NCBI RefSeq assembly: GCF_963921235.1
Contig: NC_086101.1
Location: forward strand, 164,920,001 to 164,984,000
From: Mobula hypostoma
Taxonomy: Eukaryota
Direction of reading: 5' to 3'
DNA length: 64,000 bases
The stretch's first letter is position 1; each line of letters begins with the position of its first letter. The notes beneath the pieces were generated by a model. That model worked only from the letters and a program-made list of their open reading frames with translations, was not told the origin of the DNA and ran no database searches. A program made the position numbers and the translations under genes. Of the stretch, positions 26,200 to 39,170 are shown piece by piece.

Positions 26200-26947
26200 C
26201 TACAAACAAATAGAGAGAGAGAGAGATAACACGTTACATTGGTATAAACCCCGCCCAGAAAGGGAAATTGATCCAACTTTCTATTAAATTCTAAAGTACT
26301 ACTCCATGAGGTTTAATGAGAGGTTAACAAGAAAAACTGACTAGAAACCTGTAACACTAAATTGTTTGTATTCCATGCTTCCTTGTTGCTTGGAAACAAG
26401 TCTCTGTTGCTTTAGGGATTAGTACGCTTCAGAAACATAATTCAATGGACAGAGTTTTCCTTATTGTTCTCAGCACAGTATTTTTAAGATAAATTGCTGT
26501 ACATAATCAGAGAATGAATGAGTGAACGTTTCTCCTCTTCGTGACCCGGGCTTGGGGACTTCCTGCCTTCTTAGTGATCAGATTCGGTGGAAAGCACTAG
26601 ACTTGATGAATGGAAAGTCCCTCCAGGCTTCATCTCATTCATACTTAGAGGAAGGCAAAATACAGGCAAGTATTCTGTATTTAAAGCCCTCACATTTTAA
26701 AAATATTAACTTCAACCATTTGTTTGCAGGGATTTTCATCCAGCCAGTAGTCTTATTTTACAAGCTTCTTCCATATCCAGGGTTTATAACATGGCAGTGC
26801 CTGCCAGATGGAATAGCACGAGAATTTGAGGATCATACTGTTGATTCCATTGGATAACTAATCAAGGTGAAAGACTCAACTTAGCATGCATAATACAAGT
26901 TAGAAATCAAACATTCCAGTTTGAAATGAGTAATGTTAAATAAGGTA

Positions 26948-27140
26948 TGTTGTTGTTCTGTCATTAAGTCGAGTCTGACTCTTCATGACTTCATGACCTC
27001 ATGGACCATAGATTTTTCATAACAAGATTGCCAGGCCTTTCTTCTGCACAGATACTGCTGCTGCCCAGGCTGGGACCCGGCTGGGTTTGAACTCAGAACC
27101 ATCTGCCCTGAAGTCCAGTGCTGATGCCACTGCACCATCG
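26948..27140 (-). mobile_element. tRNA-derived SINE with RTE/BovB-like 3' tail
   Basis: Minus strand shows A box tggtgcagtgg, B box gagttcaaacc, and tail gagtcagactcgacttaatgacagaacaacaaca. Confidence 0.72.
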
Positions 27141-27557
27141 TCCATATAGTTTTGCTAAATATATCCATGGAAGTCAATTCTTTGAATATCTATTTGGATT
27201 ATACCTTCCTTTCCACCCAAAGAGACACTGAATGAGACTGGGTCATATCATCCTTGGTACAGGTTCATCATCTTGTATCTCACCTAACTGTGTCTCAGAC
27301 AATCGGGATTTAAAAGGGTCATTCAGCTGTGAAGGCGATCACAGCTGAACCCACTTGCTAATGCAGGTCACTAGACAATATTCAGGAGGATGCCTGACCG
27401 ACTTTCTCCCAACAACCAATACCACTTCCAGCTCAGTTCAGATGAGCTAACTGCATACAGAGCAGATTAGTCCTGAGACACAGGAACATAGAAACATAGA
27501 GACCTTGAGTAATGAGGAGAACTAGATTCAGAAATCAGGTTTATTATACTGACATAC

Positions 27558-28041
27558 CATCAGTGGCAGCTTTATTAGTACACCTGCTTGTTAATGCAAA
27601 TATCTAGTCAGCTAATCATGTGGCAGCAACAATGCAGAAAAGCATGGCCACAAGATTCAATTGTTGTTCAGACCAAACATCAGAATAGGGAAGAAATGTG
27701 ATCTTAGTGACGTTGACTGTGCCAGTTGGGGTGGTTTGAGTATCTCAGAAACTGATCTCCTGGGATTTTCACACTCGACAGTCTCTAGAGTTTAGAGAGA
27801 AAGGTACGAAAAATAACATCCAGTGAGCAGCAGTTCTGTGGGCAAGAACATTTTGATAATTTTGAGGAGAAAGGCCTGACTAGTTTAAGCTGACAGGAAC
27901 TGAAATAGCCATGAGTTACAACAGTGGTGTGCAGAAGAGCATCTCGGAATGCACAACACATTGAACCTTGAAGTGGATGGGGTACAGCAGCGGAAAAGTG
28001 CGAACATACACACAGTGGCCACTTTATTAGGTACTCCTGTA
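27558..28041 (+). mobile_element. Tc1-derived non-autonomous element (5' half of transposase)
   Basis: End motif cagtggc(ca)ctttattag(g)tac. Decayed GKKCDLSD...GLSISET.DLLGFSH.TVSRV helix-turn-helix start. Confidence 0.75.
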
Positions 28042-28149
28042 TATTGTGAAATTTGTTTTGTAGCAGCGGTATAGTGCAAGAAATAAAAAATTACTATAAT
28101 CTACAAAAAAATAGTACAAAAGAGGCCTTGTTCTGAGATCTTAGGCTCA

Positions 28150-28682
28150 GATTAGGCAGTCTAAGGTCTCGGGGCTCTGGAGACAGCCAGATCCAGGGCT
28201 GGTGACACAGCAGGAGACCCATGTGTCATCGGGGGAGTCAGAAAATCTTCTGCAGTATGTCCAAAGACCCGGGATCTTTGAGACCTTTGGGAACAGAGCT
28301 CGGAAAAAGTGACGTAACGGACTTCCAACATCGTAAACCAATGAGTTGTCTGTTATGTCTCCTCGCTCGCTGGGAAAACGGAGACACCTCTTTCTCCCTT
28401 ATTTAGGAGAGAGTGAGCCTGTGGTATGTCATATACTGGGTGAAATGCAAAGTCTTTGGGGTAACTGCAAGTCTGTGTCTTTGCTATTGCTTTGCTCACG
28501 CTTGAGTGCTCAGTGGTGGGTGCTGATGCTTTTTTGGCTGGTGGGGGGACTGGGGATTGTTACTTGCTGCTGGGGGGGTACTTTGGGGTTCTTACATTTA
28601 TCTGTCGTTCATTCTTTGGGGCACTCCTCTGTTTTCGTGGATGTTTATTGTACATTTGTTTGACATTAAATTGGACCTTTGA
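28150..28682 (+). mobile_element. Non-autonomous retroposon, longer copy of the 8490-8876 family
   Basis: Direct sequence similarity to 8490-8876. Confidence 0.72.
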
Positions 28683-28839
28683 AGCTTTCTCCCTGGAGTG
28701 AAGGAGAAGCTGAAGAATGATGTTGTGGAGGTACCGTACATAAAATCACGAAGAGCACAAAGTGAATATTACAGTATAGTACTGGTGCTGCAGCTCAATG
28801 ACCTTTGGCTCATGAGGGAGAGTGAGGAGGTGGTAAGAC

Positions 28840-31800
28840 AGGAGCTACAGGAAGTAGTTACCCCTAGGTTGCAGGGGACAGGTATCTGTAAGGAGGAGGA
28901 GGGAAAATGTACACCTGTGGCTATGCCCCTCACTAATAAGTACATAACTATAGATACTATTGAGGGGACAAACTACCAGGGGAGAGTCACAGTGACCAGC
29001 TGTCTGGCACTGAAGGAGATTCTTTAGGTAGAGGAACAGAGATGAGGTTCTGTGGGCGAGATATTCAGATGATATATTACCTCCCCGCTGCTGGGATCAG
29101 GAAAGTCTCTGATTGTGTCCATGGCATTCTCAAGGGCGAGGGTGAGCAGCCAGAAATCTTGGTACACATTGGCACCAATGACATAGGTAGACAAGGCAAG
29201 GTGGTCCTAAAGAGAAATTTTAGGGAGCAAGGTAGAAAGCTGAGAAACAGGACCTCCAGGGTAGTAATCCCTGGACTGCCGCCTGTGCCATGTGCCAGTA
29301 AAGGCAAGAATAGGAATGATTTGGCAGGTGAATGCATGGCTGAGGAAATGGTGCAGGGCAGAGGTTCAGATTTACGAACCATTGGGATCTCTTCTGGGGA
29401 AGGTATGATATGTACAAACAGGATGGAGTACACCTGAATCAAAGGGGGTCCAATATCCTTGTAGGCAGGTTGGCTCGAGTTGTTGGCTAGGTTTAAACTA
29501 ATTTGGCAGGGGGACGAGAACTGGAGTGATAGTGCTGAAGAGAAAGTGGTTGGTTTACAAACAGCCACAATGTGTGGTGAGACTCCTAGCAAGGAGAGGC
29601 TGATAACAGGGAAAAATTGTATCAACAAGATGAGTTGCATCGTAAAAGGGGGACAAAATTGAAAAGGGTGAACACAGGACTGAAGGTGTTAGTTGAATGC
29701 GGGCAGTATACAGAATACGGTTGATGAACTTGTAGCACAGTTACAGATCGGCAAGCATTATGTTGTAGGCATCACTGAATCATGGCTGAAAAAAGATTAT
29801 TAATGTCCAAGGATACACACTGTATCAAAAGGACAGGCACGAAGGCAAAAGGGGTGGTGTGGCTCTGTTGGTAAAAACTGAAATTGAATCACTAGAAAGA
29901 GGTGACATTGGGTCGGTAGGTGTTGAATTATTGTGGATAGAGCTAAGGAACTGTAGGATAAAAAGATCCTGATGGGAGTTATTTACAGACCCACAAACAG
30001 CAATAAGGAGGTGGTCTACAAGTTATAACGGGAGATAGAAAATGCATACCTAAAGGGCAATGTTACAATAGTTATGTGGGATTTCAACATGCAGGTAGAT
30101 CGGGAAAATCAGGTTGGTGCTGGATTCCCAGAGGGGGAATTTCTAGAATGCCAATGAGGTGGCTTTTTAGAGCAGCTCGTGGTTGAGCCCACTAGGGGAT
30201 CAGCCATTCTGGATTGGGTGCTGTGCAATGAACCAGAATTGATCGGGGAGCTTAAGGTAAAAGAACCTTTCAGGGCAAGTGATCATAATATGATCCAATT
30301 CACCTTGAAATTTAAGAAGGAGAGGCTAAGGTCAAATGTATCAGTATTACAGTGGAGTAAAGGGAATTACAGAGGCATGAGAGAGGAGCTGACCAGAACT
30401 GATTGGAAAAGAACACTTGCAGGGATGACAGCAGAGCGGCAATGATTGGAATTTGTGGAAGCAATTCGGACACCACAGGAGCAACACATCTCAAAGAGGA
30501 AGGAGGATTCTAAAGGCAAGAGGGCACAACCATGGTTAACAAGGGAAGTCAAAGCCAACATAAAGACCAAAGAGAAGGCATACAATATAGCAAAGATTAG
30601 TGGAAACTTAAGAGGATTGGGAAGCTTTTAAATACCAACAGAAGACAACTAAAAAAGTAATTAAGAAGGTAAAGATGGAATATGAAAGTAAGTCAGCCAA
30701 TAATATAAAAGAGGATACCAGAAGTTTCCTCACCTTCATAAAGTGTAAGAGATGGGAGTGGGTATCGGACCGCTGGAAAACAATGCTGGACAGGTAATAA
30801 TGGGGGACAAAGAAATGGTGGACGAACTAAGTAAGTATTTTGCATCAGCCTTCACTGTGCATGACACTAGCAGTATGGTGGGAATTCCAAGCATCAGGGG
30901 TCATGAAGTGTGTAAAGTTACCATTACTGGGGAGAAAGTTCTTGGGAAACTTAAAGGAAAAGGGTAGATAAGTCACCTTGACCAGATGGTGTACATCCCA
31001 GAGTTCTGAAAGAGGTGGCTAAAGAGATTGTGATGGCATTAATATTGATCTTTCAAGATTGGTTCTGGAAGGCTGGAAATTTGTAAATGTCACTCCACGC
31101 TTCAGGAAGGGAGAGAGGCAAAAGAAAGGACACTATAGGCCAGTTAGTCTGACCTCAGTGGTTGGGAAGATGTTGGAGTCGATTGTTAAGGATGTGGCTT
31201 CAGGGTACTTGGAGGCACATGGTAAAATAGGCCGTGGTCAGCATGGTTGCCTCAAGGGAAAATCTGGCCTGAAAATCTCTTGGAACTTTTTTTGAAGAAA
31301 TAACAAGAAGGACAGAAAAAGAAGAATCGGTCGATGTTGTGTACTTGAATTTTCAGAAGACCCTTTGACAAGGTCTAACACATGAGGCTGCTTAACAAGC
31401 TACGAGCCCATGGTAGTACAGGAAAGATTCTAGCATGGATAAAGCAGTGGCTGATTGGCTGGAGGCAAAGAGTGGGAATAAAGGGAGCCTTTTCTGATTG
31501 GCTGCTGGTGACTAGTGGTGTTCCACAGGGGGCTTTGTTGGGACCATTTCTTTTTATGTTATATGTCAATGATTTGGATGATGGAATTGATGCGTTTTGT
31601 TGCAAAGTTTGCAGACGATACGAAGATAGGTAGAGGAGAAGGTAGTTTTGAGGAAATAGAGAGGCTACAGAAGGACTTAGACGGATTATGAGAATGAGCC
31701 AAGAAGGAGCAGGTGGAATATAGTGTCAGGAAGTGTATGGTCATGCATTTGGTAGAAGAAATGAAAGAGCTGACTATTTTCTAAATGGAGAGAAAATACA

Positions 31801-32470
31801 AAAATCTGAGGTGGAACTTGGGAGTCCTTGTGCAGGATTCCTAACAGTTAATTTGCAGGTTGAGTCAGCAGTGAAGGAGGCAAATGTGATGTTAGCATTC
31901 ATTTCAAGAGGACTAGAATATAAAAGCAAGGATGTAATACGGAGGCCTCACTTACAGTACTGTGAGCAGATTGCACCGCCCCTTATCTAAGAAAGGACGT
32001 GCTGACATCGGAGAGGGTTCAAAGAAGGTTCACAAAAATGATTTGGGGATTGAAAGGCTTGTCATAGGAAGAGCGTTCGATGGCTCTGGGCCTGTACTTA
32101 CCGGAATTCAGAAGAATGAGGGGTAACCTCACTGAAACCTATCAAATGTTGTAGGGCCTCAACAGAGTGGATGTGGAGAGGATGCTTCTTTTGATGGGAA
32201 AAGTCTAGGACCAGGGGACACAGTTTGAGAATACAGAGATGAACTTTTAAAACAGAGATGGGGAGGAATTTCTCTAGTCAGAGAGTGGCCAAGTCATTGA
32301 GTATATTTAAGGCAGAGGTTGACAGATTCTTGATTAGTCAGGATGTGAAGAGATATGGGGAGAAGGAAGGAGATTCGGGCTGAGGAAAATGGATCAGCTG
32401 CAATGAAATGGCGGAGCAAACAATCGGCAAAAGGGCCCAATTCTGCTCCTACATCTGATGGTCTCATGGT
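28840..32470 (+). mobile_element. Near full-length decayed CR1 LINE (ORF1 SGNH esterase, ORF2 AP endonuclease + RT)
   Basis: ORF1 PEILVHIGTNDIGR and VVIPGLPPVP. ORF2 VGITESWL, PTRGSAILDWVLCN, SDHNMIQF, YRPVSLTSVVGKMLESI, VTSGVPQG and KFADDTK. Many stops and frameshifts. Confidence 0.93.
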
Positions 32471-32489
32471 CATATATTGCATCCAAGTT

Positions 32490-33737
32490 GCTATTGTAAC
32501 CGGTTACATCACTGTCTGCTATGGAGGAGCCATTGCACGGGATCGGACGTTGCTGAAGGTTGCAAATTCAGTCAGCTCCATAATAGGCATAAAACTTCTC
32601 TGCATCGAGGACATCTTCAAAAGGTGATGCCTCAAAAAGGCAGTATCCATCATTAAGAACCCCACCACCTTGGACATGCCCTCTTCTCTACATTACTATC
32701 AGAGAAGAGGTACAGGAGCCTGAGAACACACACTCAATGTTTTAAGATCAGCTTCTTGTGTAGGATTCCCTGAAGTTTAATTTGCAGGTTGCGCCTGTGG
32801 TGAGGAAGGCAAATGCAATGTTAACATTCATTTCAAGAGGACTACGATATAAAAGCAAAGATGTAATGTTGAGACTTTATAAAGAATTGGTGAGGTCTCA
32901 CCTGGAGTATTATGAGCAGTTTAAAGCAGTTTAATCTTAGAAAGAATGTGCTGAAACTGGACAGGGTTCAAAGGAGGTTCACGAAAATTATTCCCGGATT
33001 GAATGGCTTATCATATGAAGAACCTTGATGTTTCTGGGCCTGTATTCACTGGAATTCAGAAGAATGAGGGGTGATCTAATTGAAAGCGATCAAATGGTGA
33101 AAGGCTGTGATAGAGTGAATGTTGAGAGGGTGTTTCCTATGGTGCGAGTGTCTAAGACCAGAGTACACAGCCTCAGAATAGAGGGGCGCCCTTCTAAAAT
33201 GGAGATGAGAAGTAATTTCTTTAGCCAGCAAGTAGTGAATCTGTGGAATTCTTTGCCACAGGCAGCTGGGAGGCTGTCTTAATGTATACTTTATGTATAT
33301 TTAAGGCAGAGGTTGATAAATTCTTGATTAGTCAAGGCATGAAAGGATATGGGGTGGGGGGGGAGAGAGTGCAGTAGGGAGGAGATTGGGGCTGAGAGGA
33401 AGATGGTTCAGTCATGATGAAATGGCGGAGCAAACTCCATGGGCCAAATGGCCCAATTCTGCTCCTATGTCTTAAGGTCTTAAAGGGGGCCTGAGGAGTA
33501 AACCTTTCACACAGAGGGGTTGGTGGGTATTTAGAATGAGCTGCCAAAAGAAGTGGTAGAGGTGTGTACAATTACAACCTGACATTTATACAGGTACGTG
33601 GCTGGGAAAGGTATAGAAGTATATGGGCCATGCTGGTAAATAGGACTCGTTTCGAAGACACCTAGGCTAGGATGCAAGATTTGGGCCGGGGTGGGGGCCT
33701 GGGTGGCCGGTTCTGTGCTATATGCCTCTACAATTCT
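32490..33737 (+). mobile_element. Stacked LINE 3' fragments: Rex/Babar (~32490-32757), CR1 (~32758-33482), CR1 (~33483-33737)
   Basis: GYITVCYG (Rex-like). LGLYSLEFRRMRGDLIE and FFSQQVVNLWNSLP (CR1). Three separate tails. Confidence 0.8.
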
Positions 33738-34314
33738 GAATACAGTTAATTCAGAACAGTAGAGATAGCAAACATTTAATTTTACAAAATCTATTGTTAC
33801 TTTCACATCAGCTATGACCTGATAAGGTCAGATAAATGGATAAACAGAGGAACACAGTTCACAATTGCAAGGGAGAACACCAACATTAAAAAACAAACAT
33901 ACAACAATGAGTTCAAATCAGACCATGGGAAAAAAATCATCACCCTTTGTTGCTCAGAGAATAGATCTCGAAAGGGAATGACATACTCATAAGTAGCAGA
34001 CAAACAAGTGGATTTGTCCATCAAATCCCAAGGGCAAGTGCACGGTCACAAATAATCATTGTCTAATGAGGTCAGTGCTTATCAGCACTTCCTACTGCCT
34101 ATAAACAGAAAACAAAAAAAGTGTAGGAGAGAGGGACACCACAAGTGATGAATAAGTGGGCACAGCGAAAGTTGTAAATCACTGGCTAATGTCATCAAAA
34201 AGCCCCTAAATAGAGTGTATAACACTGTCCAGAACAGAATGTCATTTCCATACAACTTTACCAACTTGGGAAAGAGAGGGTGATGGTTTGTTTAACCTGA
34301 CGGCAAAGGCAATA

Positions 34315-34442
34315 AACAACAGGAATTCTGCAGATGCTGGAAATTCAAGCAACACACATCAAAGTTGCTGGTGAATGCAGCAGGCCAGGTAGCATCTCTA
34401 GGAAGAGGTACAGTCGACGTTTCAGGCCGAGACCCTTCGTCA
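34315..34442 (-). mobile_element. 128-bp PLE terminus with hammerhead core and 13-bp TSD
   Basis: Near-identical to 46711-46841. ggcaaaggcaata occurs at 34302-34314 and 34443-34455. Confidence 0.9.
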
Positions 34443-34539
34443 GGCAAAGGCAATATTTTATTTTATAAGTTACAACATTCTCTCTCGTGACCAATGCTGG
34501 CCAAACTCCTGCGTGTTTCTAGTGGTGTCTGTTTATATC

Positions 34540-37300
34540 AACATCGACTTCATTGAACATATTTGCAACTGAACAAAACCAGGTTCCTCCCTACATGATG
34601 CACCCACAAAACATATCACACAGATCACATAAAATATAATTCAAAGTTAATGTAGTACAGCACAGGTAAACAGCAAAACAGCTCACTGTCCTGGTGACGA
34701 GACCTCGGTGGTGGCAGGGTATTCATTAGTCTCACAGCCTAGGAGAAAAAGCTGTTACCCAGTCTGGCAGTCCTTGTCCTGATGCCCCTGTACCTCCTTC
34801 CTGACGGTAGTGAGTCAAAGAGATTGTGGGATGGGTGGTAGGGATCCTCAACAATGCTTTGGGCCGTTCATGTACTAAAAATGTCAAAAAGGTGGGAGGG
34901 AGACCCTGGTGGTCCTCCTGGTGGATTTTACTATCCTCTGTAGGGTCTTGTGGTCTGCTGCCTTGCAGTTTTGGTGCCACACAATGGTACAGCCAGAGAG
35001 GACACTCTCGATGATACTCCTGCAGAAAGTTGTTAGAATGGGGGTGGGGAGCCTTGCCTGTCTCATTCTCCTCAGAAAGTGTAGACACTGCTGTGCCTTC
35101 TTGACTAGCGAGGAGGTGTTATAGGACCAGATTAGATTGTCTGTTATATGCAGACAACGCACCTCTGCCAAAATGTAACTGCGCGTCGCAGCAATGCAGA
35201 CCGCAACAACTGTGCTTGGTCCGCTTGGTAGCATCGCATTTCATCCTACTCTGCAATAGCTTCCCATTGGCCGACTGAAGGGCAGGGAAGGAACTCTGGC
35301 TGCAATGCTTTCCATAAAGCTTTACAGACCTCCGAAATATGGAGGACACATTTCGCTTTTACAAAAACAGACGCTCGCTTTAAACTTGTTTACCCCGAGA
35401 AAGACTACCATGACCATGAAGCCTTGCGCGGGCAGGTGTGTGCGCATGCACGACATGCCCGAATTGCAGAGCGACACAGACACACCAACGCACAAGTATA
35501 AATGCTGACAATGCGTGTAGGCCACTTGCATAGGTTACGGCGTCGAGCTGACATACAAATATAAATCAGCCTTTAGTGCTCTTCACTCTCTCCACTGTAG
35601 AGTCATTGATGAGCAATAGAACATGGTCAGGATTATGGTATCATCAGTGAACTGGCTTGAGCAGTAGGCAAACTAGAAAGGGACCAATGTAGCTGGCAGG
35701 TGGGATTTTATATGATCCCTTACTAACAGCTCAACGCGCTTCATGATTGTTGAAGTCAGTGCCATCGGGCGGTAATTATTTAAGCCAGTTACCATCGTCC
35801 TCTTGGGTACCGAAATAATAGTGGCTACCTTGAAGCCTGCAGGGACAGTGTACTTATCAGAGATATTAGAGATGTCCATTAAGCTCTTTTAGCTGGGCCG
35901 CAGAGTCCTCAGCATCTGACCTGATATGTTGTTCGGCCCCGTAGCTTTGCATGAGTTTACCCTGGCCTGGACCCTTCTCATCTCTGCTGGGGCCAGTCAG
36001 GGTGCCTGTTCCTCAGGGGCAGAGGGGTTTTTTCCTCGATATCAAATCATTTGTTGTATTAAATCTTGTATAGAAAGCATCCAGCCTTTCAGAAAGGGAG
36101 GCGTCACTGTCATTGATGCACAGGGTGGACTTATAATCTGTTATAGTTTGTATACCTTGCCACGTGCACCATGTGTCCCTGGTGACACAAAGGTGTCTGT
36201 GGATTTTCTGTCCATACTCGCACATTGCTTCCCTGATGGCACGGGAGAGTGCAGCTCTTGCTGACCTTAAAGTCATCCTATCTCCCGATCTGAAGGCAGC
36301 ATCCTGATTCCTAATTAGTGCATGAACCTCTGAAATCAGCCATGGTTTCTGGCTTGTCCTGGTAGTGTAGTGTTTAATCACGGTAACATCTTCAATGCAT
36401 TTTCCTATGTAGCCAGTCACCGATCCCGCATTTTCATCAATGCTGACGTGATGATCGTAGGCAACTGCCTCCCTGAATATACACCAGTCCTGCAGCACTG
36501 TGGTGGTATCTTCTGGCCAAGTCCTGATCTCCCTGTAAAATGGTGTATGCATAGATTAGCAAAATAGATATACACTCTGAGTATCCAAGGTGAGGGAGGG
36601 GAGCCTTGCACGCTCCATGAACATTGGCATTAACCAATACATCGCATATATTCTCTCCTCTAGTTGTGAAGTTGACATGCTGGTTAAACTGACAGGGCTG
36701 TTTTTAAGTTGGCATGATTGAAGTCACCGGCAACAGTGAAGACACCATGGAGGTGAGTGGCTTCAAGGTTGTGGATGGTGGTGCAGAGCTCCTTGGAGTT
36801 TGGGGGGGGGGGGTGTAAACTGCAACTGTCACAATAGCAATGAACTCCCTTGTAAGTAGAAGGGCCTGCACTTCACTATTTAAATCTCTAACTATGGTGA
36901 GCCATTACTACAGAGGCAGTCACAAAATAGTTCTTATTGACGTAGACACACAGTCCCCCTCCATGAGTCTTGCCCGAGGTCACACCAATTCTGTCTACCC
37001 AAAAGGAGATTAGGCTTTCTAGCTGGATAGCTGAGCCTGGAATGGTTCCTGGCCATGTTTCTGTCAGGATGAGTATGCAGCAGTATCTCCTCTTCTGCTG
37101 GTTTAGACACGGACACAGGTAGTACATCTTAGCGTGTAGAATCATTGGGAGTGCAGACATGCAAAGATCTGCTTTAAATCTCACTACCAAATACCAAAGT
37201 ATTTATTGTGTTTCTGTGTTCTCGTAGGCCACTTCTAATGGTCGCTTCCCCGAGTAGCTGTTGGAGGCCGTAGCACGGAGTGAAGGCCCACTCCATGCAA
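34540..37300 (-). mobile_element. Long decayed Rex/Babar-type LINE (endonuclease + RT)
   Basis: ILILTETW...GGGLCVYVNK (endonuclease), QKPWLISEV, NNYRPMALTSTIMK and IESVLSGCTIVWH in successive minus-strand ORFs. Confidence 0.88.
35155..35572. mobile_element. PIF/Harbinger-like MITE, one end missing, nested in the Rex LINE
   Basis: CpG-rich block interrupting Rex homology. The right end tataaatcagcct is followed by TTA, resembling Harbinger termini (aggctgatttata) with a 3-bp TWA target. Confidence 0.55.
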
Positions 37301-37424
37301 TAACTATAACTACACAGCACTTTTGTTATCCCACTCGCTAGCAAGGTAAACTTACAAATTTTAAGTGTTCTTTATGATCAGCAGTGCTTAATGATCATAA
37401 AAAAGACAAACAGGATAAGAAATT

Positions 37425-37554
37425 TCACCAACGCAAGAAATTCTGCAGATGCTGGAAATCCAAAGCAACAGACACAAAATGCAGTATGTCAGGCAGCATC
37501 TATGGAAATGAATAAACAGTCAATGTTTCAGGCTGTGATCCCTCTTCAGGACTG
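37425..37554 (-). mobile_element. PLE terminus with hammerhead variant
   Basis: Minus strand 37554-37517 reads CAGTC-CTGAAGA-GGGATCACAGCCT-GAAA-CATT-GACTG. Confidence 0.75.
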
Positions 37555-38194
37555 TTGATTGGAGCCGGAGAGGCTGCTGTGACCATGCACGCTGCCATCT
37601 TGTGATCAATGGCCACAGAGTATCCAGGCAACAACCGTGGCATTCAGTGTTATTACTACTATCTCTGAATCTCCCATGATCAATACCATGGGGAGATGAT
37701 GTTGACGAGTGGGGAGATGTAAAGACCATCACTGACCAGAAACTTACTTGGACCTTCTGCACAAGTCCTGCAGCCACAAGAGCGAGTCAGAGCCTGGGAA
37801 TTCTACTGCAATGATTCAAATTTGACTCATTAAAATCCACCAAAATTCTTCAAGATGACCCAGATTCCACCTCAACAGGTCATGTGACCTCTAACTGGCA
37901 AATGAAATTCAAAAGTTTCAGACGCTGGAAATCTGCACCAAAACCAAGAAAATGCTGGAAGCACTCAGCCGGACAAGCATTCTCAGTGGAAAGAGAAACA
38001 ACTCCCATTTCAAGTGGAAAACCCTTAATCAGAATAGAGAAGGACAGTTATCCCTAAATTGTGGAGGATGATGATTGGATAAAGAGATAACTCTGAAAAT
38101 GTGAGGTCATGGATTGCCATGGGGATAAAATTGTGGGTGAAGTCACCTAGTTACCAGATTAATGAAAAGAGGATTAGTATTAGTGAGTGGAAAA

Positions 38195-38601
38195 TGTCAC
38201 AACCACGGACTCCGCAGCGCAGTACATACGGCAATTGCATTTGTGAATTTGCACGTGTAAGTTACAGTAATTATTATTTAATCATGATAGTATTTAACTC
38301 CATTCTTGTTGTCGTAGTGCTTGTCGAGACTTGGACAGAGCATAGCAACGCTACTGCTGTTTTGCATTCAGTCTTCCCTGAGATATTGGACTTTCAAATC
38401 AACTGACTCTGAAGACGAGCGGTATTCGTTTAATGTTCTTTTCAGCTGCAGCGTGGGCTTCATTTTCCTTTTGAGAGTTTTGGTTAACGGCCCTGTTTGG
38501 CCTATTTTCCCTTTAACACTGTTCGTATTAAAGTCTGTGAACTATCGACCTGCTTCAGTGTCTCTCGCTCCACACTTGGGCCATATCCCAACACGGTAAC
38601 A
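38195..38601 (+). mobile_element. Probable solo LTR
   Basis: Begins TGTCAC, ends GTAACA, has attaaa about 70 nt from the end, and is relatively CpG-rich. No clean TSD seen. Confidence 0.5.
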
Positions 38602-39170
38602 GAAGTGGTCAATTCAGGTTGATTAGGTTCCTCGGTATGGGGATGAATGTGAAACTTACGGGGAAGCATTGTGTCAATAAAATGCTTGGGAGGTAGAAGG
38701 CTGTCCTTAATGTGCTTTGGAGTTTGGTGGAATATGATTTGGGGGGGGGGGTTAATAGGGTACCTATGATTACTTTGTATTATGCATTGATTAGAGCAGT
38801 GTTCGATTATGGCTGTGTTGCATATGGGTCTGTTGTGCCCTCACCGCTGGGCGTTGTTCAAACCCAGGCTTTATGTCTATGTTGTGCTGCTGTTAGGTCT
38901 TCTGTCTCTGCTCTGCAGGAGGAAATGTCAGATGTCATTGTATTTGCAAAGATTGCAGATGGCTATGAATTATTGGGTACATCTCAGTGGTCACGAGGAT
39001 GATCATCCAACTATAAACATATTGAAAGATTATCAAGAACATTAAGATCACAAGATTTGCAGTTTTGGGTGGGAAGGAAATGATAAGGTAGCGAACATGG
39101 TTCTGTCGAATACTGCCTATGTTCCTCCCGTGGCTTTATCCATTATTTTTCCCTGGCTATGTCCTTTACT

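Noticed and set aside
27070-27140. tRNA gene
   Set aside because: It has A and B boxes only, with no convincing cloverleaf, and continues into a SINE body and tail
29042-29437. SGNH esterase-like ORF as a host gene
   Set aside because: It is the CR1 ORF1 esterase domain, directly upstream of a decayed ORF2 and itself frameshifted
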